The notes: generated from the letters alone by a model not told the origin. A stretch of DNA of 64,000 nucleotides from Octopus vulgaris (GCA_951406725.2 OX597819.1:59334001-59398000), one strand, 5' to 3'. Shown: positions 38,925 to 52,490, numbered from the stretch's first letter. Numbers and translations are program-made.

Positions 38925-38997
38925 GGTCACTGCTTGGAATCGAACTCAGAATCTTGGGGTTAGTAGCCCATGCTCTTAAACACTATGCCATATGCCC
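38925..38997 (-). pseudogene. tRNA-like Pol III head (anticodon loop CT-ACT-AA), not a functional tRNA
   Basis: GGGCATA TGGCATAGTGTTTAAGAGCA TGGG CTACTAA CCCC AAGAT TCTGA GTTCGAT TCC..GTGACC; A and B boxes present, stems imperfect. Confidence 0.75.
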
Positions 38998-40036
38998 AGG
39001 TTCGAAATTTCCCCAAGACACCCAAAGAAGTCAAAACATTGTGTTAACAACAAACAAGATGAGGACAAATATCTGTCGAAGTATACATTATTATAAGAAA
39101 ATTTACAACAGTAAACAGTGGGGGATAGTAAAACATGAAGAAAAGTCAGCCTCTCAGGATATTTACATTAAAACTGAAACATTAACATGTTTGTATCAGC
39201 ATAACAGTTTTCTCCACACTCATTCAGACTAAATTCCAATTTCATTTTGTGGATATGAATGGTCACATCATAATCTCACAGACATTATTGACTTAAACAT
39301 CATATGATATGCTGGCAATGCTTGCATCTTTATTACTTGCCTATTCTGCTCTATCAATCAAGTTACATGTTGATAAGGATGTTTTCTCGTGAGATGGTTA
39401 CTTTTGCTCTGATACAGTTAATATACCATTTCTTTGCCATCAAAATCACATCTTGTTTACTTCAACACAACTTCACAATCAATCAAAACTTCAAACCATA
39501 TACCAACATTATTGCTATTACATGGTGACCATTTCCCCAACACACACACACACACACACCAAAAGTCTGTTCAATCAGGACAGACCTGGGGTTAAACAAC
39601 AACAACACATCAGATATTGACAATGATTACAAGACTGTTATGACAATCACATAAATACTACAGCATCTTATGGCAAACATACACAACCTACAGACATATA
39701 TATCATCATCATCATCATCATTATCGTTTAACGTCCATTTTCTACGCTAGCACAGGTTGGACGGTTCGACCGGGGTCTGGGAAGCCAGGAGGCTGCACCA
39801 GGCTCCAGTCTGATCTAGCAGTGTTTCTACAGCTGGTTGCCCTTCTTAAACGCCAACCACTCTGTGAGTGTAGTGGATGCTTTTTACGTGCCACCGGCAC
39901 AGGTGCCAGGGGAGTCTGGCAGCGGCCACGATCGGTTGGTGCTTTAACATGCCACCGGCATGGAAGCCAGTCAAGGCGGCGCTGGCATCGGCCACGTCCG
40001 GATGGTGCTTTTTACGTGCCACCGGCACAGAAGCCA

Positions 40037-40077
<41 letters not shown>

Positions 40078-40293
40078 AAGAGAGAGACAGACAGGTAGAC
40101 AGACAGATAGTATTGTAAACAGTTTCATTTGGCCTTGTGTAACTTAAAGTTTTAAAGTTTTGTAAGATCATCACAGGCCTAAGATGCATGGGGTTGAACT
40201 AAGCAGCCTTAAATAATAATATAACTCCTACTGAATGTGCTGATGGCCTCTTTCTTTCATTTGTCCACTTGCTTGTGTGTGTGTGTGTTTGTG

Positions 40294-40327
<34 letters not shown>

Positions 40328-40329
40328 TG

Positions 40330-40533
40330 TCATACAAGCAGCGTCAGTTATTTCTAGTATTTCATAAAAACAGGTCTGGCCATGGAGAAATACTACCCGA
40401 CTGGAAACAGGTAAGGGCTGATGACAGGAAGGGCATCAGACTGTAGAAAATCTACCTCAATAAATTTCATCCAACCAATGCAAGCATAGAAAAGTGGATG
40501 TTAAAACAATGATGATAATAGTGATGGTGATGA
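40330..40533 (+). mobile_element. Older repeat (R2) sharing the RTE (GAT)n 3' tail
   Basis: CAGGAAGGGCATCAGACTGTAGAAAATC..GCAAGCATAGAAAAGTGGATGTTAAAAC(GAT)n; copies near 26760-26975, 27230-27485, 38100-38330(-), 58320-58565(-), 59925-60045, 61955-62180. Confidence 0.7.
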
Positions 40534-41044
40534 TTCATTTCATAATCTAAATTTAATATTTCTTTCAATTTCCATACAGCCATTCATTGAAATAATGTAG
40601 TTTTATGCATCTGTATAAATTCTTGAGCTTTTCATAGCAGGATACTCTTCCTAATATAACTTACTTTAATATGATTTTTTTTTCCTTTATGAGTGTTTTG
40701 AAACAAGTAAAATGATATGCCATGCTTATTCATGGACCGTATGCAAATGTACGTAGAGTATGAAAATATTAGGTTACACACTAATCATTTTTTGAAACAA
40801 AGGAATAAAATAAAAGGAAAGAAAAAACAAGTCGCCTTTCTCAGAGAGAAGAGAATGTTGGAGAAAATCTAATATTGAGAGAACAAACTGTTTTATATGT
40901 TTGTAATACTTAGCAGATCTTTACATAAACTTTAACTTCTTAACAAATAGCACGCACATACTTCTGTCACATATGCAAAGTTTTGAATAAAATATTATTT
41001 TTTTTATATAATGAAAAGATATAACGAGTTTATGGATAAAATTG

Positions 41045-41951
41045 CTGACGTACCCAGTAATTCCCAGGAAAGTGGAGCTTATCCCTTGGTTCCGTTTTCA
41101 TCATTGTTTCGCTAATCCAATAATAACAGTACAAAGTATGTAGCCCTTAAAACGGTTTTTGTGGATTTACAGACAATACTGAACTGTTTTACACAGGATC
41201 TTGATTTTAGGAATTCCCAATAAGTTATGAATACCCAAACTGTGAAGTCAGTTATGTAATAACATGAAATTAGTACCCAATAGTAAGAATTCAAATAAAG
41301 TAGCCCCACAAAAGGCTTTAATGTGTTCCCAGAGTATATAGAACATAGGAGGAAATACTAATAAGGTATGTTTACTAAAATCGTGAAGCATGTTATGTAA
41401 TAACAGGCTAATTAGATATGAGATAATAACAATTGAAAGTAAATAACTCTGAAAAGCTTTTGTGTGTTCCCAAAGAATATTACCCTCTGCAGCGCTGGTG
41501 TTGGTATACTCGTGAATAAGTCACTAACTGAAATAAGTGGATCTATTGTTTAGGAAAATACTATTTAAATGTTGAAGGGTTGTACTGGATAAATTGCGAA
41601 AATAACTCTAACAGTTCAAATACTAAGAAATAAGCATACTCAATTTGATTTATACCAAATGATTTAGGAAAATGAATGGGTTATTTCTCTTGGCTATATA
41701 TATAAGGATCACTTCCAGGGGCAAATGGATTATTTCTCTTGGCTTTTAAAATAAAATATTAGATATATATAAGGATCCTTTCCAGGGGCCCTATTATCGA
41801 TTCTTTTCAACAATCTGAGCATGCCATGAGGTCTCCAGACATGAGTTGTACTCACATGTCAAGTTTCATCAAAATTGATAAACATTGTAGGAGTTAGGTA
41901 ACAACTCCACAAACACACCCATAAACAGAATTTCCCACATATATAGTAGAT
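41045..41951 (-). mobile_element. Probable non-autonomous Helitron
   Basis: Minus-strand start A|TCTACTATATATGTGGGAAA; 3' hairpin CCTGGGAATTACTGGG followed by a decayed end; no TIR or TSD. Confidence 0.5.
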
Positions 41952-42956
41952 TTTACAGAAAGCAACTATAAGTGGTTTACTTCATTTTTTTTTCAAGATT
42001 AAAATATAATAAATGCGAAAACTAATTTCTGTGTGTCAGTGTGTCACACTTCGACTCCTTCACTCACTTATATTATTGCTCATACTGGGGTGAGAGTAAT
42101 AGTAGGCATAGAGACAGTGAGGGTGGTGGCGAAGACAGAGAGAGAGAGAAAAAAAAGAAAAAGAGAGAGAGAAAGACAAAGAAATTTAGGGAGAGTTGAT
42201 TTTTTTTATTAAAAGTAGTAGTGCTGATGGTGGCAGTAGGAGTAATAATACTGAACGATGGTAATGGGGTTATAGTAATAGTATGAGCTGTAGTTGTGAT
42301 AGAGGTGGAGGTGGCAGTGATAGTGGTGGTAGCCGAGGTGGTCAGGGATGACAGTGAGAGCAAATGATGTGAAAAACAGTGGTGATAGTGGTAGAGGAGA
42401 AGGCGATGAAGTCAAAGTTATTGATGGTGGTGGCATCAGAAGTCTGAATGGTGTGTGTATGGCAAATGTGGTAACCATGGTGGTGGTACTGTTGTTTATC
42501 ATGCAGCTTTGCAATGAGTTCCAAGTCGACAAATTACATCACTGTTTTGATGAAAATTGTTCATTGCTTGGAAAATATAGTTCAAGTTTAATAAAATTTA
42601 TTATGTACTCAATGCATGAAGTGTCATTGTTGGGCCCAAAGTCAAATGAAGAGCCCTCTACAGGAGCTAGCTTAAAAGCCACCTGATGTGGCAGCTTTTA
42701 GGCTAGTAATTAGTAAATGACAATTTGTCAATTTCTTTATATTCTAGGTACCAAGTACCCATTTCATATCTTATATGAATAAATTATATTTATATGTGCA
42801 GGAGTGGCTGTGTGGTAAGAAGCTTGCTTCCCAACCACATGGTTCCAGGTTCAGTCCCATTGTGTGGCATGTTGAGCATGTGTCTTCTACTATAGCCTCA
42901 AGCTAACCAAAACATTATGCGTGGATTTGGTAGATGGAAACTGAAAGAAGCCTGTC

Positions 42957-43128
42957 ATATATATATACATACATACATACATATATATATACAAACATAC
43001 ATACATATATACATACATACATATATATATATACATACATACATACATATATATATACATACATATATATATATACATACATACATATATATATATACAT
43101 ACATACATATATATACATACATACATAT

Positions 43129-43159
<31 letters not shown>

Positions 43160-43611
43160 CATACATACATATATATATATATACATACATACATATATAC
43201 ATACATACATATATATATATACATACATACATATATATATATATACATACATACATATATATATATATACATACATACATATATATATATACATACATAC
43301 ATATATATATATACATACATACATATATATATATACATACATACATACATACATACATATACATACATACATACATATATATATACATACATACATATAT
43401 ATACATACATACATATATATATACATACATACATACATATACATACATACATATATATATATACATACATATATATATACATACATACATATACATACAT
43501 ATATACATACATACATATATATATATATTCATACATATATATATATATACATACATACATATATATATATATTCATACATATATATATACATACATACAT
43601 ATATACATACA

Positions 43612-43647
<36 letters not shown>

Positions 43648-44010
43648 TACATACATACATACATATATATATATATACATACATACATATATATATATAT
43701 ACATACATATATATATACATACATACATATATATATATATACATACATATATATATATATACATACATACATACATATATATATATATACATACATACAT
43801 ATATATATATATACATACATACATATATATATACATACATACATATATATATACATACATACATATATATATACATACATACATATATATATACATACAT
43901 ATATATATATATACATACATATATATATATATACATACATACATATATATATACATACATATATATATACATACATACATATATATATACATACATACAT
44001 ATATATATAC

Positions 44011-44070
<60 letters not shown>
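42957..44070. repeat. 1.1-kb compound (TA)n/(CATA)n microsatellite inside an S1 SINE (42796-44385)
   Basis: Pure A/T/C low-complexity array; explains the long Y/I/H/T and M/Y/V/C ORFs. Confidence 0.97.
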
Positions 44071-44072
<2 letters not shown>

Positions 44073-44821
44073 GCTAAGTTACGGGAACATAAACACACTA
44101 ACATTGGTTGTCAAGCAATGTTGGGGGGACAAACACACACACACATATATGTAATATATATATATATACATATGTGTGTGTGTGTGTTTGTCTCCCCACT
44201 ATCGCTTGACAACCAATGTTGGTGTGTTTATGTTCCCTGAACTTAGCAGTTTGGCAAAAGATATCAATAGAATAAGTACTAGCTTTACAAAGTGTAAGTC
44301 CTAAAGTCAATTTATTCGACTAGAGACGGTGCTTCAGCATGGCCACAGTCAAATGACTGAAAGAAGTAAAAGAATAAAAGAAAAATGTATGTATATGTAT
44401 GCATGTGTGTGTGAGAGAGAGAGAGAGAGATTGCATGTATGGAAGAGTGCTTACAAGCAGATGCGCACGCGTGTGTGTGTGTGTGTACATGTTATATGTT
44501 TCATTAGAGGCAGCTTTAACTCTTGTAAGGAATATAATTGATTGATTCATCGCTAGAGAAGTACTATTCCATATTTTATTGACCTCAAAACCACAAAACG
44601 CAAGATCCACGCACATTGAGTGCATCAAGTGCAATTGTTTTCTAACAGATCATTTTTAAAGTATTTGAGTAAAATAATCCAAGAAATTATCAGATTAGAA
44701 AAAAAAATATTGAATATGATGAGAAATACTTTCAATTAATATATGCAATTCTAATGAGTTTATTGTATGTATATTATATTAAGGTAAGGTTATATTAAAA
44801 TAAACAAAGTATACATGGGAG

Positions 44822-44856
<35 letters not shown>

Positions 44857-45127
44857 CGTGCATGTGTGTGTGTGATTATGTGCATACATTTATAGTTGTA
44901 ATACATTGGTCCGTTTTTATCACAATCGCTGTCTTACTGAGTTTGACTGAAGATTACATTTAGGATACAAGTGTCTAAGAGAATACACTTAAGTGTGAAT
45001 GGTATAATGAGCTGGCAATTCTGCCTATGAAATAACTAGAATTTTCATTTGTTTAGAATGACTTGGTCTCCATTGAGTCACATATGTATCTATGTATTGT
45101 ACGTGCATACATGTGTGCATATGTATA

Positions 45128-45431
45128 TCACGTGACTGACCAGGCTATCAGATGTTGCTACACATCGCTGGTCACAATGCGCTTTGCATTGTTTTAGCCT
45201 TCAAATGACGCCACCCCGCTGGCTAAGCGAGCAGGCCAACAGAAGAAAGAGTGAGAGAAAGGTGTGGCGAAAGAGTACAGCAGGGATCGCCACCACCCCT
45301 TGCCGGAGCCTCTTGGAGCTATAGGTGTTTTCGCTCTATAAATACTCACAACGCCCAGTCTGGGAATCAAAACCGCCATCCTACGACCGTGAGTCCGCTG
45401 CCCTAACCACTGGGCCATTGTGCCTCCACGC
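45128..45431 (-). mobile_element. tRNA-derived SINE, family S3
   Basis: Head GGAGGCACAATGGCCCAGTGGTTAGGGCAGCGGACTCACGGTCG..GGTTTTGATTCCC; decayed copy at 17010-17295 (+). Confidence 0.8.
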
Positions 45432-46066
45432 ATATGTATACACATACATACAATGAGTTCAATAAAAGATGAAAAAGCAGTCTGAGCACATACTGTCTGT
45501 ATCTATTATACACCTCTTTTTAACATATTCTTGCCCTTTATATATATGTGTGTGTGTGTCTGTGTGTATACATGCTGAGTATGTCTATATGTATGTTTAC
45601 ATACAAATATATGTTGTGTGTATGTATGTCAATACATGTGCGTATATGTGTAAAGTATAAAGTAAACAGGATTACATATCTAAATCAAGGCTTCGTTCAA
45701 ACAGCCTTTTGATCGATCTACACATCTCAATCTGCTGATGTGAACAGTTGACTAAATGACTAAGTGAATGAAACTTTAGTTCAAATATATAATCCTGTTT
45801 ATACAAGACAAACACAGCAGACTCTATAAACTTCTAACACAAGGATGAATTGAGCTCTATTATGTTTTTCTATTACAAAATAAACAAAAAGCTATATATA
45901 TATATATATATATAATCTAAATAAGGAGACAAAGAAAGAGCTTAGCACATCTTTAATTAACAATTACAACTGTTCAGGTACCACTCAGTTTTTTTCTTGT
46001 CCCAATGCACACAAAATTTCATGTGAAAAGTTACATAATATTTATGCTTTTATACATTAGAGTGTA

Positions 46067-46448
46067 AAGGCATGTGGCTTAGTGGCTAGGATATTCAGCT
46101 CACAATTGCAAGGTTGTGAGTTCAATTCCCAGCGATGTATTGTGTCCTTGAGCAAGACATCTTATTTCACATTGCTGCAGTCCACTCAGCTGGTAAAAAT
46201 GAGTAGTACTTGCATTTCAAAAAGCCAGCCTTGTCACATTCTGTGTCACACTGAATCTCCCTGAGAATTACGTTACAGTTACACATGGTGCAGGAGTGGC
46301 TGTGAGGTAAGTAGCTTCCTTACCAACCACATGGTCCTGGGTTCAGTCCCATTGTGTGGCACCTTGGGCAAGTGTCTACTACTATAGCTTCAGGCTGACC
46401 GAAGCTTTGTGAGTGGATTTGGTAGGCAGAAACTGGAAGAAGCCCATC

Positions 46449-46512
<64 letters not shown>

Positions 46513-46845
46513 ATGTGTGTGTGTATATGGTTGTGTGTCTGTTTGTCCCCCCTCCCAGCATCGCTTGACAACTGATGCTGGTGTGTTTACGTCCCCGTAA
46601 CTTAGCGGTTCAGCAAAAGAGACCGATAGAATAAGTACTAGGCTTACAAAGAATAAGCTCTGGTGTCAATTTGCTCGATTATAAAGGCAATGCTCCAGCA
46701 TGGCCACAGTCAAATGACTGAAACAAGTAAAAGAGAGTATGTCTGTGGAGTGCTCGGCCACTTGCATGTTAATTTCAAGAGCTTGCTGTTCTGTTGATTG
46801 GATCAACTAGAACCCTCATCATCATAACTGATGGAATACCAGTTA
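46067..46845 (+). mobile_element. SINE family S4 with nested full-length S1 (46287-46737)
   Basis: A box TGGCTTAGTGG, B box GAGTTCAATTCC, TGTGTCCTTGAGCAAGACA; sequence resumes after the S1 tail. Confidence 0.75.
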
Positions 46846-47465
46846 TGCATTAGGGTGGCACTTCATGAGGCATGCATCAAAAGGTGCACAGTGTAAGAAC
46901 ACACCTTTTGATGCAACATCAAATTTTAGGTGCAATGATGCAAAAAACAGAGTGGTACTGTGTTGTGGTGAGAGTCATTGACACCCATGGGGGATTGAAA
47001 GAATGGACTAGCCAAACTCTTATAAAGAGTAGTGTATTGATTGAAATAGAAGTCGGTAGGAATTGTTGAGAGGGCGTTTTGGAGTCTCGTGAAGTGCGTC
47101 ATGTAAACACATTGATTTTACCTCTGCTTCGTAAAAGTATACATCCAACGTTTAACAAGGATATTAAATACTGAAACAATTGTAACTAGTAATTAAAGAT
47201 GTGTTAAATGCTTTCTTTTGTTTCCTTTATCTTATTGGGCTGATATTTTAAAATGATGTTATGTTGCCAACTTAATGTGGCAATCCCATGAATGGGAAGA
47301 ATACTACTGCTATTCAGTTTCAGAGTCATTGCTACTGTATAAATCTTTCTGAGAGATTTAGAAATGCAATATTTCTTTTTTTCAAAATCAGTGAATGTAT
47401 TTCACTTCAAATCTATATGTTTTCAATGGCGAATATTCATCGACAGCTAGCAAGCCATGCTACTC

Positions 47466-47504
47466 CAGACTGATGATGAGCAATGACTCTGAAACTAGTC
47501 TCTG
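47466..47504 (+). ncRNA. Minimal type-I HHR
   Basis: CAGA-CTGATGA-T GAG caatga CTC T-GAAA-CTAG-TC-TCTG; palindromic tetraloop, GUC site; base of stem II mismatched. Confidence 0.72.
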
Positions 47505-48193
47505 ATTGCTGGCTTTGCTGGGTGGAGGTGCTTATTTCCCCTTTGAAAACATAAGGGCATAGAAAATGTGTCATCGCCAACTGGAAACGGTGTTTCCTAG
47601 GGCTAAATAGCAGTAGCATTCTTCCTTTTCATGGGACTGCCACATTAAGTTGACAACATAACATCACTTTATTGCGCTGCTACTGTATAAATCTTTCTGA
47701 GAGATTTAGAAATGCAATATTTTGGTTATATTTTAGTCTTTGCTAAACCCACACATTAGATTTACTGATGTTGTACTTAGATTTCAGCCTTCTTTGAGAT
47801 TCCAATTCATGAGAGTAGCCAGCCATGAACTCAGATTGAATACTACTTATGAAATTTTCTGATTTTATACCCTATCATGACCTTATTTGTGTCAGGCACT
47901 TGACTGGGGCCATGCTGGGGCACTGCCTTGAAAGGTTTAGTCAAATAAATCAACTCCAGTACTTATTTCAAATTTTATACTTATTTTATCAGTTTCTTTT
48001 TATTAAACCACTTGTGGAGACATAAACAAACCAACACCAGTTGCTAAGCACTGAAAAGGTTTCAAATTCCTTTACAAGGCATTGGTCAGCTAAAGACTGA
48101 GTAGAAGACACTTGCGTGAAGTGCTTCAGTGGGGTTGAACCTGGTACTATGAGGTTACAAAGCAAACTTCTTAACCATGTAGTCGTGCCTGTT

Positions 48194-48234
<41 letters not shown>

Positions 48235-48325
48235 TTTTCCTATGGGCTGACATATTTTTGTAGAGTATCAGAAACGAATGACATACATTTAAAACAATCA
48301 TGTGATGCCAAGACAGGAAGACACT

Positions 48326-48374
<49 letters not shown>

Positions 48375-49347
48375 GCAACAGGCTTCTTTTAGTTTCTGTC
48401 TACCAAGTTCACTCAAAAGGCTTTGGTAAGCTCAGGGTTATAGTAGAAGACATTTGCTTAAGGTGCCACGCAGTGGAACTGAACCCAAAACCATGTGGTT
48501 AGGAACCAAACATATACATTGCTCTCTACATCCTCAATATGCTCTGAAAGCTAATACATGTAGTTTGATACATTATTCACACACTGAGTTTTATGTAAGG
48601 AATGTTTCACAATGTTTTCCATACTTACCTGAATGATCGTTTTTTTGTTAGTTTTAACAAGAGATTTTACACCTGGATTCCTATCATATATGTAACCACT
48701 CAACTGTAAAATTCTTTTATTCTTTTACTTGTATCATCTGACTGCAGCTTTGCTGGAGCACCACCTTTAGTCGAACAAATCAACCCCAGGACTTATTCTT
48801 TGTAAGCCTAGTACTTATTCTATCAGTTTCTTTTGCCGAACTGCTAAGGTACTGGGGAAGTAAACACACAAATGCATACATTCATATAGACAGCTTCTGT
48901 CTACCAAATCCACTCACACTTGGTCAGCCCTAGGCTACAGTTGAAAATACTAACCCATGGTGCATGCAGTGGAACTGAACCTGGAACTATGTGGTTGGGA
49001 AGCAAGCTTTTTACCACACAACCACCCCTGCACCTATATATATATATATATAATAAGAGTAGATCATGTACGAGTGGGTATATATTTGTAAAAAAGAAGT
49101 TTGAAAACGCCACTATATTATTGCTGCTACCATTTCAGTCGCGGGTCATTCTAACACAAGAAAGCTAAAAAACAGCCACATGGATCCCATTGATACCAGC
49201 AAGAAACAATAATGAGCTTCTTTACTACACTCAATTTGAAATTTATAGCTATTATACCTACTACCGACAAAACACCACCACATGGATTCTATTGAGACCA
49301 GTAAGAAACAATCATGAACTTTTCTATTACACTTTACTTTTTAAAAT

Positions 49348-49392
49348 ATTTTTGATAAGGTTCATTTTTTCAAGAACCGAAACATGTAAAAT
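49348..49392 (+). ncRNA. Minimal HHR, U3:A8 core variant
   Basis: ATTT-TTGATAA-GGTTC attttttcaa GAACC-GAAA-CATG-TA-AAAT; inside an element with ~40-bp inverted ends (49079-49120 / 49417-49457). Confidence 0.7.
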
Positions 49393-49450
49393 TCATAAGA
49401 AAATTCAGATTGATATAATATAGTGGCATTTTCAAACTTCTTTTTTACAA

Positions 49451-49508
<58 letters not shown>

Positions 49509-49837
49509 ATAAAAATGGTAAGACAACAAAAGAATGAGAGACCTTGATATTATGTAAATAGAGGAATTTATCTTGTGTGGGTGAGGTTGTGTACGTTTCA
49601 AGTGAGGGTGAATGAGTGTATACTTTTAGGTACATGCACGTGGGTGTGCAGACACACATGTGTAGGTATGAATATGCGCGCTTATGTGAACACTATGAAC
49701 TTTTTTACCCACTTACTTTTACTCCCTCCCCTCACTTAGCAGTCATTCAAATAGCTCTTTTGTCTTAATAACGGTCAATCACACAGTAATTTCCCTTTGT
49801 ATAATGTTCATTTTCATAGCATTTTTTCCGATGGCCA

Positions 49838-49898
49838 GATAACTGAAGAGATGGCGGCATGGATTTCCACCTCGGCATCCGAAACTCAGAGTTTTATC
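49838..49898 (+). ncRNA. Type-I HHR with extended stem II
   Basis: GATAA-CTGAAGA-GATG..TGGA tt TCCA..CATCC-GAAA-CTCAGAG-TT-TTATC. Confidence 0.75.
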
Positions 49899-49946
49899 AT
49901 GGCTACCAAATAAGTGTTACATATTACATTTACATATTACATTTAC

Positions 49947-49988
<42 letters not shown>

Positions 49989-50807
49989 TCCAAAGAAACT
50001 AGAGCAAGTAAAGTAAACGTGTCTTGCTCAGCAATTGTACACTATTTTAAATCAATGGTTTATTTTATTACCAAAGCTGTACATGCAACTCAGGTTGAAC
50101 AAATAAATACCACACAGGGCAGTTTTATTTTTAACATGAGTTTTTTTTTTGCTTTTCATTCCAAAGTTGATGTTTTAGCAATATACAAATGCATATTGTT
50201 TATACATACACTTTTCTATGCTGGCATGAGTTAGACAGAACATTTTGAAGCAGTGTTTTGTAGTAAGACACCATTTTATAATCTACTGGGATATAGCATA
50301 CTTATTCTAAAAACCCAGATGCACATCACACACACACACAAATCATCATCATCATCATTTAACATGTGTTTTCCATGCTGGCATAGGTTGGACTTTTGAC
50401 AGGAGTTGGCCAGCCATAGAGCTGCATCAAGCTCCATTTATCTGTTTTGGCATGGTTTCTATGGTTGAATACCCTTCTTATTTCTTTACTACCCACAAGG
50501 GGCTAAACACAGAGAGGACAAACAAGGACAGACAAACGGATTAAGTCGATTATATCAACCCCAGTGCATAACTGGTACTTAATTTATCAACCCCGAAAGA
50601 ATGAAAGGCAAAGTCGACCTCGGCGGAATTTGAACTCAGAACGTAACAGCAGACGAAATACCACTAAGCATTTCACCCAGCATACTAACGTTTCTGCCAG
50701 CTCACCACCTTTATACCCTTCTTAATGACAACCACTTTACAGTGTGCTTGGCACATTTTACATGGCATTGGCATGAGCCATAAAAGACTTGCCTGTATGC
50801 AAAAAAA

Positions 50808-51012
50808 AGCTGAAAAAGAGGTAATTTCTGGAAGCCATCTACTCGCAATACCAGAGGGCGCACACTCTCCTACCCTGATGTAATCTCCAGAGATACAGGC
50901 ATCCAGCAACAGGACCTCCGTAATACCATGATGGACCGTGAAGTCTGGCGTAGCATGGTAAATTCCATTGTCTCGACCACAGTCGAACAACAATGATGAT
51001 GATGATGATGAT
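50808..51012 (+). mobile_element. 3' end of a second RTE family, nested in an older minus-strand RTE end (50345-51190)
   Basis: WKPSTRNTRGRTLSYPDVISRDTGIQQQDLRNTMMDREVWRSMV..* directly followed by (GAT)n; likely TSD TGCCT(G/A)TATGCA. Confidence 0.75.
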
Positions 51013-52232
51013 GCCTATATGCATGAATGGCCAGTTTTACTAGCTTGATTTGTTCTCTCAAGCACAGTAAATTGCCATAAGTCTCAGTTTCTTGTCATCC
51101 CTTCAATGAGGCCCAATGTTAGGGGATCCTTTCTCACTGTCCCATTGCATGTCTTCCTGGGTCTATCCCTTCCACTGGTTCACTCCACAATTGTGTGTGT
51201 GTGTGTGTGTATTTTTATATAAATAAAGATAAGATCGTTATTTAAAATACTGATTATATCAAGTGGCCAGCATGGAAATAAAAACCTTATAGGTATTAAT
51301 TATTAAAATTATACTTACACGTATCTAAGAGATACCACCATGCTGGAGATAGCAGTCAAAACTTGACTCTAAAACCACTTCATGTATTCATACAGCACAA
51401 TGTGAAAAGACAAATAGACAAATAAACTTGCAAAATATTATTGGATAATCCCAGATCTGGACTTTTGGCTCTGTATAAAAATATACATTACCTCATCATC
51501 ATCATCGCTTAATGTCTGTCTTCCGTGCTAGCATGGGTTGGACGGTTCGACCGGGGTCTGGGAAGCCAGGAGGCTGCACCAGGCTCCAGTCTGATCTGGC
51601 AGTGTTTCTACAGCTGGATGCCCTTCCTAACGCCAACCACTCCGTGAGTGTAGTTGGTGCTTTTTACGTGCCACCGGCACAGGTGTCAGGCGAGCCTGGC
51701 AGCAACCACGATCGGTTGGTGCTTTTTACGTGCCACCAGCACAGAAGCCAGTCAAGGCAGCGCTGGCATCAGCCACGTTCGGATGGTGCTTTTTACGTGA
51801 TGCCAGCACAGGGATCACAACTACAATTTCCATTTGATATTTATTTTGATGTTGTTGGTCTTGACTCAATAGGTCTCCTCAAGCACAGCAGGTCACCCAC
51901 CGATCCAAGGTAAGCACAGCAGGCCGTTCTGCAATCCAAGGTATTTTGGATGGGCTGGGGCTATGCAAAACTGGTGTAGGAAGCAGCCATCAGTGGGATA
52001 TACATAGATATGTATGTATGCATATACATACCCATGCATACAAAGGAGGACATTTACTGTAATCATGAAATGTTTTGATAATAATAACCATAATTATATT
52101 CGTTTTTACTATGGTCACAAGGCCTGGAACTTCAGGAAAAGGGACTATCTTGGTATTCATCTCCTTGACACAGAAAGGACAAAAGGCAAAATCAAAAGGA
52201 CAAATGAAATGCCACTAAGCCTTTTGACCACT

Positions 52233-52297
<65 letters not shown>

Positions 52298-52448
52298 TTG
52301 CAGCAGCAATGAAGCTACAAGGTGTTACTCAGGCACTCAACTATGAGTCCACTGCACCTTATACCAGAAATAGTTTTAAGCCAATGAAGTTCATAAGGTA
52401 ATCGCTTATTCATTTGTTATCTCATTTTATTATACATACACACACACA

Positions 52449-52489
<41 letters not shown>

Positions 52490-52490
<1 letters not shown>

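Larger units (their letters stand above)
38733..39085 (-). mobile_element. tRNA-headed, HHR-carrying element with inverted copy of its 3' part
   Basis: tRNA-like head 38925-38997, (AAT)n, body with HHR; 38995-39080 is an inverted, internally deleted copy of 38770-38872. Confidence 0.8.

Noticed and set aside
38925-38997. Functional tRNA-Ser(ACT) gene
   Set aside because: Mismatched acceptor, anticodon and T stems, no long variable arm, embedded in a repeat
42890-44154. Long ORFs of 147-406 aa
   Set aside because: Translations of a TA/CATA microsatellite that lacks stop codons
47125-47192. AGTAT..ATACT-GAAA-CAATTG-TA half-hammerhead
   Set aside because: Upstream CUGAnGA core and stem I not recognisable; at best a decayed copy
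49585-49750. Minus-strand AAGTGAGGG..CCCTCACTT-GAAA-CG-TA with a very long stem II
   Set aside because: No canonical core or stem I partner found
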